A stretch of DNA of 32,000 bases from Synechococcus sp. A15-24 (GCF_014280195.1 NZ_CP047960.1:1290001-1322000); one strand, 5' to 3'. Shown: positions 21,203 to 31,888, counted from the stretch's first letter. Translations and numbers: made by a program. The notes: a model not told the origin generated them from the letters alone.

Positions 21203-23308
21203 ATGATCACCTCCATGCCCTCCCCCCTGCTTGAGGGTCACGGCCTTCCCTGTTTCGAGCAGATCACACCGGATCTGGTCCACCAGGACATCCCAGTCCT
21301 GCTGTCTCAACTTGAACAGCAGTTCACAGAACTGGAGACGACGCTTCAGTCCAGAATGGACAGATGCGCCTCCATCAGCTGGGAGGAGGTGATGCAGCCG
21401 ATGCAGCGCATCGGAGAGCGTCTCCGCTGGAGTTGGGGTGTGATCTCCCACCTCAACGGCGTCTGCAATTCGCCGGAGCTGCGTGAAGCCCACGCGGCCC
21501 AACAACCCGAGGTAGTCCGCCTTGGCAACCGCCTGGGTCAGAGCAAGGTGCTGCATCAGGTTCTCTGCCGCCTGAGGAACGAGCCGAGCGAGCCCCTCAG
21601 CCCCACCCGCCAGCGAATACTCGACTCCGAACTGCTGTCGATGCAACAGCGGGGTGTCGGTCTCGATGGCGAGCATCAAACCGCCTTTAACCAGGCCAGC
21701 GAACGTCTTGCCGCCCTCTCCACCAGCTTCGGCAATCACGTTCTTGATGCCACCCAGCAATGGACCCTCAAGCTCACCAATCCAGAGCAGGTAAAGGGTC
21801 TCCCGAAGCGAGCACTGGAGGCCCTAGCGGCCGCAGCACGGGATTCCGGTGACGCAGAAGCCAGTGCCGACGAGGGACCGTGGCTGGTGGGTCTGGACAT
21901 GCCTCGATATATCCCGGTTCTCACCCACGCCGATGACAGGACACTGCGGGAGACCGTTTATCGAGCCCATGTCAGCCGTGCCTGCCAGGGAGAGCTGGAC
22001 AATGCTCCGCTGATCGAGGAAATCCTCGGACTGCGCCGGGAGCAGGCCCAGCGGCTTGGCTACGCCCATTGGGCCGAACTCAGCCTTGCCAGCAAGATGG
22101 CCGACGACGTTCCGGCCGTCGAAGCGCTGCTGGAGGAGCTGCGTGCCGCGGCCTATCCAGCCGCCGAGATGGAGCTGGAGCAACTCAAGGCCTGCGCCAG
22201 CCGACATGGTGCTGCCGAAGCCAACGCCCTGGCCCCCTGGGACATCACCTATTGGTCAGAAAAACTGCGGCGCGAACGGTTTGATCTGGACCAGGAAGCC
22301 CTGCGCCCATGGTTCCCGCTGCCTCAGGTGCTCGACGGCCTGTTCGGCCTTTGTTCGCGCCTGTTCGATGTGGAGATCACTCCGGGAGATGGGGAGGCTC
22401 CTGTGTGGCATAACGACGTGCGTTTCTTTGACGTCCGTCGCCGTGGTGGCGAGCCGATCGCCGCGTTTTATCTCGATCCCTACAGCCGTCCCGCTAGCAA
22501 ACGCGGTGGAGCCTGGATGGACGAGTGTCTCGGGCGTCACCGCACCAGTGACGGCAGTCTGGTGCTGCCTGTGGCTTATTTGATCTGCAACCAGACTCCC
22601 CCCGTTGGAGAGGCCCCCAGCCTGATGAGCTTCGAAGAGGTGGAGACCCTCTTCCACGAATTCGGCCATGGTCTGCAGCACATGCTCACCACCGTCGACG
22701 AACCGGAAGCCGCCGGCATCAGCAATGTGGAGTGGGATGCGGTGGAACTTCCCAGTCAGTTCATGGAGAACTGGTGTCTGGACCAAAGCACCTTGATGGG
22801 CATGGCCCGCCACTGGCAGACCGGAGAACCTCTGCCCCAGGACGAGGTGGACAAACTCCGCAACAGCCGCACCTTCAACGCCGGACTCGCCACCTTGCGG
22901 CAGGTGCACTTCGCCCTCACCGATCTGCGGCTGCACAGCCAGTGGACGCCGCAGCTGGGACTGAGTCCAGACGAGTTACGTCGCGACATCGCCAACACCA
23001 CCACCGTGATGGACCCGATCCGCGAAGATCGCTTCCTTTGCGCCTTCGGGCACATCTTCGCGGGGGGATATTCCGCCGGCTACTACTCCTACAAATGGGC
23101 CGAGGTGCTCAGTGCCGATGCCTATGCCGCCTTTGAGGAGGTTGGCCTCGACCAGGAGGATCAGGTGCGTGCCACCGGTGCCCGCTTCCGGGACACGGTG
23201 CTGAGCCTTGGGGGGAGCCGCGCGCCAGCTGAGGTGTTCAAGGCCTTCCGCGGTCGAGTCGCCAGCAGCGAGGCCCTGATCCGCCATTCGGGTCTTCAGG
23301 CGGCCTGA
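21203..23308 (+). CDS. prlC: Oligopeptidase A (M3 family zinc metallopeptidase)
   Basis: 701 aa. The zinc site is TLFHEFGHGLQHML (HEXXH) with a downstream ...VELPSQFMENW... The C-terminal GGYSAGYYSYKWAEVLSADA is typical of the M3A family. It starts 1 nt after the ndhD stop. Confidence 0.9.
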   Translation: MITSMPSPLLEGHGLPCFEQITPDLVHQDIPVLLSQLEQQFTELETTLQSRMDRCASISWEEVMQPMQRIGERLRWSWGVISHLNGVCNSPELREAHAAQQPEVVRLGNRLGQSKVLHQVLCRLRNEPSEPLSPTRQRILDSELLSMQQRGVGLDGEHQTAFNQASERLAALSTSFGNHVLDATQQWTLKLTNPEQVKGLPKRALEALAAAARDSGDAEASADEGPWLVGLDMPRYIPVLTHADDRTLRETVYRAHVSRACQGELDNAPLIEEILGLRREQAQRLGYAHWAELSLASKMADDVPAVEALLEELRAAAYPAAEMELEQLKACASRHGAAEANALAPWDITYWSEKLRRERFDLDQEALRPWFPLPQVLDGLFGLCSRLFDVEITPGDGEAPVWHNDVRFFDVRRRGGEPIAAFYLDPYSRPASKRGGAWMDECLGRHRTSDGSLVLPVAYLICNQTPPVGEAPSLMSFEEVETLFHEFGHGLQHMLTTVDEPEAAGISNVEWDAVELPSQFMENWCLDQSTLMGMARHWQTGEPLPQDEVDKLRNSRTFNAGLATLRQVHFALTDLRLHSQWTPQLGLSPDELRRDIANTTTVMDPIREDRFLCAFGHIFAGGYSAGYYSYKWAEVLSADAYAAFEEVGLDQEDQVRATGARFRDTVLSLGGSRAPAEVFKAFRGRVASSEALIRHSGLQAA

Positions 23309-23309
23309 A

Positions 23310-23897
23310 TCACCCGCCCAGATCCTGGGCCAGCCTCTGCAAAGCCTGCGGATGGGCAATGAGCTGTTGGTGGGTCCACACCGGCAGCTCTGTCTGAGTT
23401 CCTTGCGCAAGCACAGCCTTCCAGCCGGGAGACACCATCAGATCCCAGCGGCAGAAATAACTTCGACACGCCACCGGTGCCAAGGCACCGACCTGTCGAT
23501 TCAGCTGCTTTAAAAGGTCGCTGGCGGGCTTCATGTCCGCCACACCAGCCAGCAGCCGGCGAGGCACAGCCAGAGCCGCAAGGGTTCCGTTCTGGGGGCT
23601 GCCGACACTGAAAAAGCGATCCGTCCGCTCAGCGCCCCTCAGTTCCTGCAACCAGATCCGCCCGATCACACCTCCCATGGAGAACCCAAGCAGATCAATC
23701 GTGGTCTCCCGCCCGAACTTCTGCTGGATGTGCTGATCCAGGCGACGGGCCAGCTCCCGCAGCGGAACCACCCCGAGGCCATGGGGGAGATGCGGTGCCA
23801 GCAAGGGACGATCCGGCTGATCGATCCGCTGAATCAGCCGATGAAACACCCGTGGGGTATCCCACAGGCCATGGACAAGCACAAGGGGCCTCGTCAT
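23310..23897 (-). CDS. Alpha/beta hydrolase (lipase/esterase-like)
   Basis: 195 aa. LVLVHGLWDT forms the oxyanion region and the nucleophile elbow is GFSMGG (G-x-S-x-G). The stop lies 1 nt from the convergent prlC stop. Confidence 0.8.
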   Translation of the reverse strand: MTRPLVLVHGLWDTPRVFHRLIQRIDQPDRPLLAPHLPHGLGVVPLRELARRLDQHIQQKFGRETTIDLLGFSMGGVIGRIWLQELRGAERTDRFFSVGSPQNGTLAALAVPRRLLAGVADMKPASDLLKQLNRQVGALAPVACRSYFCRWDLMVSPGWKAVLAQGTQTELPVWTHQQLIAHPQALQRLAQDLGG

Positions 23898-24265
23898 GGA
23901 GCCCCATGGCGGGCGCGCTCCACCGCCACGACACCATCAAACCCCGGCACCGGAGCGGCGCATTTGCTCAGGGTCAACCGCATTGGAATCGCTCCATAGA
24001 GCTGCTCCAGACGATCCAGCACCCGATCACTGAAGTGCTCGATCGTGAGGCAACGGATCTCCCTTGCCAGGGCCTGCAAGGAGCGGATCGCCAGGCTGTA
24101 ATCCAGGCTGCCGGCCAGATCATCCGCCGCTGCGGCACTGGAAAGGTCAGTCCAGAGAGTGATGTCGAGACTGAACCATTGGCCATCCCGACGCTCCTGC
24201 TCCAGAACGCCCACATGGGCCCACAGGCGCAGCCCCCTCACATGGATCGCATCGTTTGCGGTCAC
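23894..24265 (-). CDS. folB: Dihydroneopterin aldolase
   Basis: 123 aa. [32 protein letters not shown]...[10 protein letters not shown] fits the FolB tunnelling-fold signature. It has 4-nt ATGA overlaps with both neighbours. Confidence 0.85.
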   Translation of the reverse strand: MTANDAIHVRGLRLWAHVGVLEQERRDGQWFSLDITLWTDLSSAAAADDLAGSLDYSLAIRSLQALAREIRCLTIEHFSDRVLDRLEQLYGAIPMRLTLSKCAAPVPGFDGVVAVERARHGAP

Positions 24266-25569
24266 AGGGGCAGATCGGTGTGGGTGAAGCTGCGGGTTCC
24301 GTCCGCGAAATCAGCGGCGATGTGTCCGTCACCACGAAGCCGATAGCGATAGGTCACCAGACCATCGAGTCCCACCGGTCCTCGCGGCGGCAGGGTTTGG
24401 GTGCTGATGCCCACCTCAGCTCCAAACCCGTATCGGAAGCCATCCGCAAAACGGGTGGAGCAATTCAGATACACACCAGCACTGTCAACAGCCCCCAGGA
24501 ATCGTTCCGCCGCCTGGTCATCGGTGGTGGCGATGGCTTCGGTGTGGCGGGATCCATGGCAACGGATGTGTTCGAGCGCTGCATCCATGGAAGGCACCAC
24601 CCGCACCGCCAGGATCATGTCGAGGTATTCCGTTCGCCAGTCCTCATCGGTGGCAGCGTCACTGATGCCGTGCTGGCGGCTTTGTTCATCGCCCCGCAGG
24701 GTGACTCCGGCAGCTTGAAAGGCCGGCACGGCAGACGCCAGAAACGCCGGTGCAATCGAGGCATGCACCAGCAGGGTCTCGATTGCATTGCAAGCGGCCG
24801 GGTACTGGGTCTTGCTGTCGATGGCGATGCGTACCGCCTGATCAACGTCAGCAGCTGCATCCACATAGAGATGGCAGATGCCATCTGCATGACCCAGCAC
24901 AGGAATGCGGGTGTTGTCCTGAATGAATCGCACCAGCTCGTTGCTACCCCGGGGAATGATCAGATCCACCAGGCCATCCAGCCGCAGCAACGCCAGGCTT
25001 TCCTGGCGGGTGGTTAACAGCGTCAACGCATCCGGTGCCACGGCACTGCGACCCAGGCCCAGCTTGAGGGCCTCCATCACCGCTTCATTGGTGCAACGCG
25101 CTTCGCTGCCGCCTTTGAGCATGGCGCCATTGCCGGAGCGGATGGCCAGCGAGGCAATCTGCACCACAGCATCCGGACGGGCCTCGAAAATTACCCCCAC
25201 CACGCCAAGGGGCACGGCGATGCGCTCCAGCACCAGGCCTTGATCCAGCTCCCGATGCAGCTGCAGTTTACCAAGCGGATCAGGCAGGGAGGCCAGTTTG
25301 CGCACCCCATCGATGGCACCGCGGAGCTTGCCGGCATCCAGCTTCAACCGGGCCATCAGTGCCGTGGCCAGCCCCTCAGCTGCGGAACGCTCCAGGTCTT
25401 CTTGGTTGGCGGCAACGATCACCTCAGCCCGCTCCGCCAAAGCATCCGCCATCGCCTGAAGCGCGGCGGCCCGCTGTTGGTCGTCCGTCTGCCCCAGGTC
25501 CACAGCCGCCAGACGGACGGCGCCGGCCCTCTGCAACAGCTCTGCTGAAGGCTCCGGAACAGTGCTCAT
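24262..25569 (-). CDS. proA: Glutamate-5-semialdehyde dehydrogenase
   Basis: 435 aa. [17 protein letters not shown], the catalytic-Cys region ...[14 protein letters not shown] and ...HGSRHTEAI..., together with the overall length, are typical of ProA. Confidence 0.95.
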   Translation of the reverse strand: MSTVPEPSAELLQRAGAVRLAAVDLGQTDDQQRAAALQAMADALAERAEVIVAANQEDLERSAAEGLATALMARLKLDAGKLRGAIDGVRKLASLPDPLGKLQLHRELDQGLVLERIAVPLGVVGVIFEARPDAVVQIASLAIRSGNGAMLKGGSEARCTNEAVMEALKLGLGRSAVAPDALTLLTTRQESLALLRLDGLVDLIIPRGSNELVRFIQDNTRIPVLGHADGICHLYVDAAADVDQAVRIAIDSKTQYPAACNAIETLLVHASIAPAFLASAVPAFQAAGVTLRGDEQSRQHGISDAATDEDWRTEYLDMILAVRVVPSMDAALEHIRCHGSRHTEAIATTDDQAAERFLGAVDSAGVYLNCSTRFADGFRYGFGAEVGISTQTLPPRGPVGLDGLVTYRYRLRGDGHIAADFADGTRSFTHTDLPL

Positions 25570-25582
25570 GGCAGCAAACGAC

Positions 25583-26491
25583 TCAGACGTCGGCCATCAT
25601 CCCGCCCAGGCGCAGCAGCGCCAGCCGCGCCGCCCCCAGGCGACCGGCTCCATTGCCAAGAGCACAAGCCTCGATCCGCAGACCCTCCCGGGACACCGCC
25701 TGCACCCGCAGCTCCACCTCCCGTCGCACCGCGGGCAGGAAATGGCAGGCGGCCCCAGCCAGACCACCACCCAACAACACCAGCTGCGGCGTGAAGACGT
25801 ACACCAGGGATGACAACCCCACCCCAAGGCGAGTGCCGTAGCGCTCCCACACCTCAAGGGCTGCCGGCTCCCCGTCCGCTGCCGCCCGACTCAACTCCCG
25901 TGGGTCCCGGTCGCACAGGCGACGCAACGCCGCAATGCTCGCGAACTGCTCCAGGGATCCGCGATTTCCGCTGTTGCAGGCGGGGCCATCGGGGTCGACA
26001 CCGATCAATCCCGGTTCCGCCGCTGCACCGTTGTGGCCGGTGAACAGCTGCCCACTGAGTAGAACGCCGCCACCAACACCGGTGCCGAGGGTCAACAGCA
26101 CCACATCGCTGAACCCCTTGGCAGCGCCCCACCAGGCCTCTCCCACCACAGCGCAATTGCCGTCGTTGGCGAGGGTGACCCGTCGCTGCAACCGCACCTC
26201 CAACCACTCCGCCAGCGGCACGTCCTCCCAACCCGGCAGGTTGATGCACACTCGCGCCACCCGGGCCGCGGCATCCATCGGCCCAGGCAGGCCGACCCCC
26301 ATCAAGGCCGCAGCTCCATCAGGATCCAATCGCTGCACGGCATCGCAGAGCGCCATCGTCACGGCGCCGGGCACCGCAGGCTGGGGCGTGGCCACCTCAA
26401 GCTCAGCCAACAGGGTCCCGCGGTGATCGAAACGGGCCAGCTTGATGGCCGTCCCGCCGAGATCAATGCCAATCACCTGCCCGTTATCCAT
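25583..26491 (-). CDS. ROK family sugar kinase-like protein (degenerate zinc motif)
   Basis: The track ORF extends to 26539. I prefer ATG 26491 ([22 protein letters not shown]...), 4 nt after the upstream stop. It has the ROK signature [27 protein letters not shown]. The usual E-x-GH...C-x-CG-x-x-GC-x-E is replaced by EPGL...[11 protein letters not shown]. Confidence 0.85.
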   Translation of the reverse strand: MDNGQVIGIDLGGTAIKLARFDHRGTLLAELEVATPQPAVPGAVTMALCDAVQRLDPDGAAALMGVGLPGPMDAAARVARVCINLPGWEDVPLAEWLEVRLQRRVTLANDGNCAVVGEAWWGAAKGFSDVVLLTLGTGVGGGVLLSGQLFTGHNGAAAEPGLIGVDPDGPACNSGNRGSLEQFASIAALRRLCDRDPRELSRAAADGEPAALEVWERYGTRLGVGLSSLVYVFTPQLVLLGGGLAGAACHFLPAVRREVELRVQAVSREGLRIEACALGNGAGRLGAARLALLRLGGMMADV

Positions 26492-26495
26492 GGCC

Positions 26496-29400
26496 TCAGA
26501 AGCGGAAGAACAGCTGCAGCTGGCTCTGCCAGGTGCCATTGGAATCCACGGATCCGGACAAGGCCGTGTTGGGTGTCACCTGGTATGTGACCGTCGCCTG
26601 AGGGGGAACATCCGAGGTGTTCGGGGCTGCCAGCACCGAGAAATCAAAGCGATCGGTCACATCAACACCGATTTCTGTCACCAGCGTGAAGGTGGGAGCA
26701 ACCCGCCCAGATCTGCGCTCATCGTCATCCTTGATATCCGGTGTGACGTAGGTGGGGAACAAGGCGATCTGGAGACGCTGTCCCATGGCATCGGTAAGCG
26801 TTCCGAGAACCGGTGAGAGCAGCGACTGTCCCAGCACCGTCGCCAGGGCGGCTCCCCCGGCTCCCGCCAGGCCTGACAGAGAATTGCCACCGATCAGCGC
26901 CAACAGCTGCGGCTCCGACATGGGCGGGACACTGCGCAGATCGAGATTGCCGATCAAACGATCCGCCGGTCCGGCGGCCTCCACGGTGACCTTCACCAAC
27001 CGCAGTTGGCCACCCCCATCGCCAAGGCCATTGGCGTCGAAGACATTGGCCGTGCTGGCATTGCCAGCTGTCCCTGGCTGCACCGCATCCGAGACCCGGG
27101 TCTTCATGGCGATGTCGACAAAGGGCACCAATCCCAGCGAAGGGGTGAACACCGCGACGTTTGGAGCGCGCGAATCGAGGCGGAAAGTGGTGGAAAACAG
27201 ACTGACCCGGCCGCGGTTCAGACGAATCAGGCCCCGCAGCTCAAGCGATGGGTCCAACGGTCCATTGACCAGCAGCTGACCACCACCACTGAAACTGATC
27301 AGCGGCGGCATTCGCACCTGCAGATCGGGCCCCAGACCAAGACGGAAGTTGCGGAAACGAACCGCCGAAAGATCCGGCATCAGATCCTGAAAAGCCGCCG
27401 GCAACTGAGCGGGCGCACCGGGCCCGAACAGCACCAGGGGGTCCTGGAAATCCCAGCCTTCTTCAAGCAGTGCTGCGGTGGTGAACGGCGTTGAGACCTT
27501 GCTCTGCGACGGTTGAATCCCCTGCTGCAGGGAGGCGATACCACCCTTACGAAGACGCGACAGCAAGCCGCTGCGGGGCTGAATCACCCCATTGCGAAGG
27601 TTGAGCTGGCCACTGATCACCGGCTGGCTCAACGCGCCCCTCACCGTGATGTCTGCATCCGCAGCCAGATCAACGATCTCCTGCCGGATCGTCCCTTTGG
27701 TCAGGCGAATGGTGAGCGGTGTCTCCTCATCACGGGGAATAAACAGACCGATGGCCCCCTTAGCCGAGATCGTGCCCCCCGACGCCAGGGTGGCCTCAAG
27801 CTGGCTGACCTCAACCCGGTTGAAATCAAACAACAGGGACGCATTGACTTGCTTCAGGGTCTGGTCAGCAGCCGTGAAGGCACCGTCACGGATCACCAGA
27901 AAGCCATTGGCCTGGGGCTGATCCAGGTATCCGCTGAACATCAACCGCAGATCACTGCTGCCGCGGGTCAGCCGCAGGGCATCGCCGGCCGGGGCCGCTA
28001 GGAAGCTCAGCGCATCCCCATGGCTTTCAAGCTCGAGATCCAGCGCATCACGCAGTGACAGCGGAACGGTGCCGCGCACCTGCAAGGCCTCGGCGGCATC
28101 GACACTGCGGAGTGCGAGGTCGAGTTCAAGACCTTTTGACGACAACACAACGGCTCGGCGCTCAAGGCGAAGCTCCTGATCACCAAACCGTGCCTGCTCC
28201 AGGGCCAACTCAGTGGTGAGCAATGGACCGGCTCCTGACAGGTCGTAGGAGCCGGTGGCACCGATCGCCCCGCGCAACACGGACGGGACCGGAACGGCCA
28301 ACGCCAGAAGCGAAAAGGGCAGATGCAGAAGGCTGAAGCGACCCTGGCCACCCTGCAGAGGACCGCTCAGCTGAGCCACCACGGGGTCCAGCTGAAGCAT
28401 CCGGTCCTGATCATCACCCTGCATCCACAGATGAGCCCGGGCCTCCGCCTCCAGCGAGAGTGATGCCAGATCCGGGCCTGAAAGGTTGAGGACAGCATCG
28501 AGGCGACCGCGCAGGTCATCTGGATCAACGCGCGCTTGGGGATGATCACGCTCGTAGGCCTCAAGCCACTGCCGAGACCGCTGAAGCGCGCGCAGATGAC
28601 CTTCGAGACTGCCGCCGAAGGTGTCGATCATCAACCTGCCGAGATCCTCGGCACGACCAGGTGTCCCCGTGGCGGTGAGCTGGCTGCCACGAAGCTGACG
28701 GGCCATCTGCACCAACCAGGGCACATCCAGTCCGGAGGCCTCAATTCGGCTGCGCAGATCGGCGCCGACCCGTCCATCAGCGGTGAGCTGAATCTCACCC
28801 TGCTGCGGCTGCAGCCGACCACGGGCTTTGAAGCGCCCCCCTGAAACACGCCCCTCCAACTCAATCCGATTCAGACCAACTCCGCGGAGCTGCGGATTCT
28901 CCAGCTGCACAGCACCAACCAGCTCCACCGGTTGCAGGGCCAGGACGCCGTCGCCACTGAGACGCCCCTGCAACGAGCCTGATGCGGATGCCGAAGGCAA
29001 CGTCAGCTGAAGACCCGCGATTGACAGCTGATCGGCTTTCCACCTCACCTGACGCTTGGCACCGGAACGCACGGTCAAGCTGCCTGCCCCGCGGCGGAGA
29101 TCCGCCTGCAACGGCCAACCGGAGGAACCCAGCCGAACCGTCAGCGCTCCCTTGGTAGCAGGCGCCTGCGATGCCAGGCGCAGGTTGAACGCCGATCCGG
29201 TTGATCCAGTCAGTTGTCCCTGCCACCGCTCCGGCAATCGCAACGGTCCGGCACCAGGCCGGAGGAGATCCAACGCCACAGTGGTCTTCACGTCATCCAG
29301 AGAGCCCTGCAACTGGCCACGGGCGGACACATGGCCCTGCAGAGGAAGGGGCGTGACGGCCGACAGGCGGGCCAGGGGCAACGAGGTCAATGCGAAGCCG

Positions 29401-30941
29401 GCTTTCAGCGCCCCGAGCTGCGGCGCGCCGTTCTGCCAGCTGACGGGGAGTTGCGCCGCTGCACGCAGAACCGGACTGCTGAAACGATCGAGGGCCATGA
29501 CACCGGAGGCCTTCGACCAGGACGCGCTGAGGTCCCATCGCTGCACAACAAGATTGCGGTCCTGGGCCAACTCCAGTGACACCGCTGGTGACGTCAGAGA
29601 ACCGCTCGCCCGCAGCGCTCCGGAGATGTCCGATGCCTCGCCAAGGGTCTGCTTCAGGGCTGGCCAGCGTTGCCATAGCGACGGCGCCAGGGTGAGTTCA
29701 CGACTGCGCAGGTCGATCTGCTCGTCGATCGTGCCCTCCACATGCAGGCGCAGGCCAGGTGAGGTGAGCAGGGCTTTTTGAAGCTGGATCTGGCGGGCCT
29801 GGGGATCAATCCACGGGGTGCGCAGCTGGCCTTGCACTCGCAGAGGCCCATCGAGTTCAGGCACGGTCACAACCCCCGCCACGCGCCAACGGGGGTTCGA
29901 CCAGGGGCCATCCAGCTGGAGTTGAACGCGATCCTTGCGCTTCAACGACGCCACGTTGATCCGCAGATCCGCAGCTCCATCGAGCTGAACCGAACCCCTG
30001 GCGTCAGCACGCCAGTCACCCATGCGGAAACGACTGCGATTCAGGCTCAACCGATCACCGCGACAGCTCAATCCGACGGCGGATGAACGCAGGGGATCGG
30101 ACAAGGTTGCATTGCGCAGTTCGAGATCGTTGACCTTCAGCTGCCCCTGGCAGCGAAAGCGGCTGGGTGTCCACTGAATCGCCAGGTCACCACCCGCTTG
30201 GCCCGCCAAGCGGGTGGCATCCGGTCCTGGCAGAACGGCCTCCATTCGCGCGAGATCCAGGGATCGCAGCCGACTGCTCAGCACCAGTTCTGGGCGATCC
30301 CAGCGGCCCTTAGCCTCCAGGTCAAGGCTGCCAGCCCGCCCGAGCCAACTCAGCCGCGAGATCGCCGAGAAGCGCTGCTGCGCAATGTGCACCGACCCAC
30401 GACTGGTCAGTTGGATATCATCTCCAGACGGGGTGAGGCGGATCCTGGCCGGTTGAGCCAGTTCAAAGCGCAGGTCCAGATCCGGGGGGGCATCACCGCC
30501 CTGTGGCACCTGTCCGAACCGCCAGTAGCGACCGTCCGCTTGGCGATCCAAGGCCACATCGAGGCCCTGCAGCTTCAGCCGCAACACCGGCTGCCATTGC
30601 CGCAGGCTGGCCAGGAGATCGAGATGGACACTCAGGTCCTGGACCTTGATCGAGGAGCGATCGGTCGGTGTCGGGGCGACGGTTGTCTCACCCACGGCCA
30701 CACCCCATGGCCTCAACCCCTGGTAAGGACCGATCGTGATCGGGTGCCCGAGAGCGGCACCGATGCTGCGTTCCAGTGGCCCGCGAAACGAATCGAGCAC
30801 GTCCTCAGCCGTGCGATCCAGTGTCTGCACCGTCAGGACAGATCCCACACCGACAGCTGCGCTGGAGATGAGGATCAAGGATCTGGACAATCGCCGCGCT
30901 TCTCGCATCGACTGCGACGATTGCCCCCAAAGCTCGCGCAA
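26496..30941 (-). CDS. TamB-like translocation and assembly module protein (cyanobacterial TIC236 homolog)
   Basis: 1481 aa. It has an N-terminal signal-anchor (RSLILISSAAVGVGSVLTV), a very long Gly/Leu/Ser/Arg-rich beta-repetitive body, and a DUF490-like C-terminus ending ...GTWQSQLQLFFRF. ATG 30908 is an alternative start. Confidence 0.85.
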   Translation of the reverse strand: MRELWGQSSQSMREARRLSRSLILISSAAVGVGSVLTVQTLDRTAEDVLDSFRGPLERSIGAALGHPITIGPYQGLRPWGVAVGETTVAPTPTDRSSIKVQDLSVHLDLLASLRQWQPVLRLKLQGLDVALDRQADGRYWRFGQVPQGGDAPPDLDLRFELAQPARIRLTPSGDDIQLTSRGSVHIAQQRFSAISRLSWLGRAGSLDLEAKGRWDRPELVLSSRLRSLDLARMEAVLPGPDATRLAGQAGGDLAIQWTPSRFRCQGQLKVNDLELRNATLSDPLRSSAVGLSCRGDRLSLNRSRFRMGDWRADARGSVQLDGAADLRINVASLKRKDRVQLQLDGPWSNPRWRVAGVVTVPELDGPLRVQGQLRTPWIDPQARQIQLQKALLTSPGLRLHVEGTIDEQIDLRSRELTLAPSLWQRWPALKQTLGEASDISGALRASGSLTSPAVSLELAQDRNLVVQRWDLSASWSKASGVMALDRFSSPVLRAAAQLPVSWQNGAPQLGALKAGFALTSLPLARLSAVTPLPLQGHVSARGQLQGSLDDVKTTVALDLLRPGAGPLRLPERWQGQLTGSTGSAFNLRLASQAPATKGALTVRLGSSGWPLQADLRRGAGSLTVRSGAKRQVRWKADQLSIAGLQLTLPSASASGSLQGRLSGDGVLALQPVELVGAVQLENPQLRGVGLNRIELEGRVSGGRFKARGRLQPQQGEIQLTADGRVGADLRSRIEASGLDVPWLVQMARQLRGSQLTATGTPGRAEDLGRLMIDTFGGSLEGHLRALQRSRQWLEAYERDHPQARVDPDDLRGRLDAVLNLSGPDLASLSLEAEARAHLWMQGDDQDRMLQLDPVVAQLSGPLQGGQGRFSLLHLPFSLLALAVPVPSVLRGAIGATGSYDLSGAGPLLTTELALEQARFGDQELRLERRAVVLSSKGLELDLALRSVDAAEALQVRGTVPLSLRDALDLELESHGDALSFLAAPAGDALRLTRGSSDLRLMFSGYLDQPQANGFLVIRDGAFTAADQTLKQVNASLLFDFNRVEVSQLEATLASGGTISAKGAIGLFIPRDEETPLTIRLTKGTIRQEIVDLAADADITVRGALSQPVISGQLNLRNGVIQPRSGLLSRLRKGGIASLQQGIQPSQSKVSTPFTTAALLEEGWDFQDPLVLFGPGAPAQLPAAFQDLMPDLSAVRFRNFRLGLGPDLQVRMPPLISFSGGGQLLVNGPLDPSLELRGLIRLNRGRVSLFSTTFRLDSRAPNVAVFTPSLGLVPFVDIAMKTRVSDAVQPGTAGNASTANVFDANGLGDGGGQLRLVKVTVEAAGPADRLIGNLDLRSVPPMSEPQLLALIGGNSLSGLAGAGGAALATVLGQSLLSPVLGTLTDAMGQRLQIALFPTYVTPDIKDDDERRSGRVAPTFTLVTEIGVDVTDRFDFSVLAAPNTSDVPPQATVTYQVTPNTALSGSVDSNGTWQSQLQLFFRF

Positions 30942-30974
30942 TATAAGGAGACCTTTCCTTGGAGACCAGCCGCC

Positions 30975-31424
30975 ATGGCCCTTGATCAGCTGCTGCTCAC
31001 CGCAGCGCCCTGGCTGGCCTGGTCAGGCCTCGGACTTGGCGTGCTGACCATCGCGGCGTTTCTGGCGGGCTGGGGGCTGCGTTTTCGCCTGGTGGGCGTC
31101 AGCAGTTTCACCTTGCTGCTGGCGGTCAGCTGTTGGGCCTTTGCCCTGAGTTACTCGCCGCCGGTCGTGGTCGATGGCGCCATTCGGGTCCCTATGGTGT
31201 TCGACAACGGCAACGACCTGGTGGTGGCCCAGGTGAAGCCCGACCTGGATCCGATCACCGTTGACGCCACGCTTCAGCAATTGGCTGGCAATCTGCGCGG
31301 GTCCGGCCGTGGCAGCAATGTGGTGACGGTGCGACTGCGGGCCCTTCAACCCATCGCAGATGGTGTGAGCAAGCCCGTGATTCTCGGGGAGACAGAGCGG
31401 GACTTCCGCCGCTCCGCTTCCTGA
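30975..31424 (+). CDS. Ycf51-like (DUF2518) membrane protein (149 aa)
   Basis: The track ORF 30198..31424 is mostly antisense to the TamB-like gene. The real start is probably ATG 30975 (MALDQLLLTAAPWLAWSGLGLGVLTIAAFLAGWGLRFRLVGVSSFTLLLAV...). Two N-terminal TM helices and the WG-x-RFRLVGV motif fit Ycf51 as I recall it. Confidence 0.55.
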   Translation: MALDQLLLTAAPWLAWSGLGLGVLTIAAFLAGWGLRFRLVGVSSFTLLLAVSCWAFALSYSPPVVVDGAIRVPMVFDNGNDLVVAQVKPDLDPITVDATLQQLAGNLRGSGRGSNVVTVRLRALQPIADGVSKPVILGETERDFRRSAS

Positions 31425-31437
31425 TGACGCCCTTCCG

Positions 31438-31827
31438 ATGAGACCGTTGCGTGATCTGCCCCAGTCCTTCCGACGCGAACAGCAAGAGCTCGACGAGGCA
31501 GGAATCAACGATTGGCAGCAGTTGCGGGACCTGGACGATGCTCAGCTCAGTCGCCTTGCCCGCAGCGGCCGAGCGTCCCCCCGCAATCTCAAGCGGCTGA
31601 GGGCCATCGCAGGGTTGGTGTGTGATCTCAACCTTGCCCCACCAGACGCAGCTCTTCTGATGCATGCCGGCATTGCCTCACGGGCAGCGCTCGCAGCCAC
31701 AACACCCGAACGGGTCGTCCAGCAAACGGGGCGCCTGGAACGCAGCCTCGGCACCGGCAGGCCGGCGGTGGTGGACCTGGCCACAGCCCGCCGCTGGATC
31801 CAGAGCGCCAGGCAACCGGGGAACTGA
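31438..31827 (+). CDS. DUF4332-like (tandem helix-hairpin-helix) protein
   Basis: 129 aa. Two HhH-like units are present: ELDEAGINDWQQLRDLDDAQLSRLA and LLMHAGIASRAALAATTPERVVQQ. Confidence 0.55.
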   Translation: MRPLRDLPQSFRREQQELDEAGINDWQQLRDLDDAQLSRLARSGRASPRNLKRLRAIAGLVCDLNLAPPDAALLMHAGIASRAALAATTPERVVQQTGRLERSLGTGRPAVVDLATARRWIQSARQPGN

Positions 31828-31888
31828 CCCCTTGATCAGGCCTAGGCCTTGTGCGCTTGCTTATGAACAGATCACAGGGATATGCCCT

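Noticed and set aside
29889-29905. A GGTTCGA-containing stretch, and GGTTCAA at about 11377 and 19662, that could hint at tRNA T-arms.
   Set aside because: All lie inside well-supported coding sequences and lack the surrounding acceptor, D and anticodon stem structure. No tRNA can be folded.
31838-31849. A perfect 12-bp palindrome, AGGCCTAGGCCT, between the DUF4332-like gene and the last ORF.
   Set aside because: It is too short to form a stable hairpin with a viable loop. It is a single occurrence with no T-tract and no partner site.
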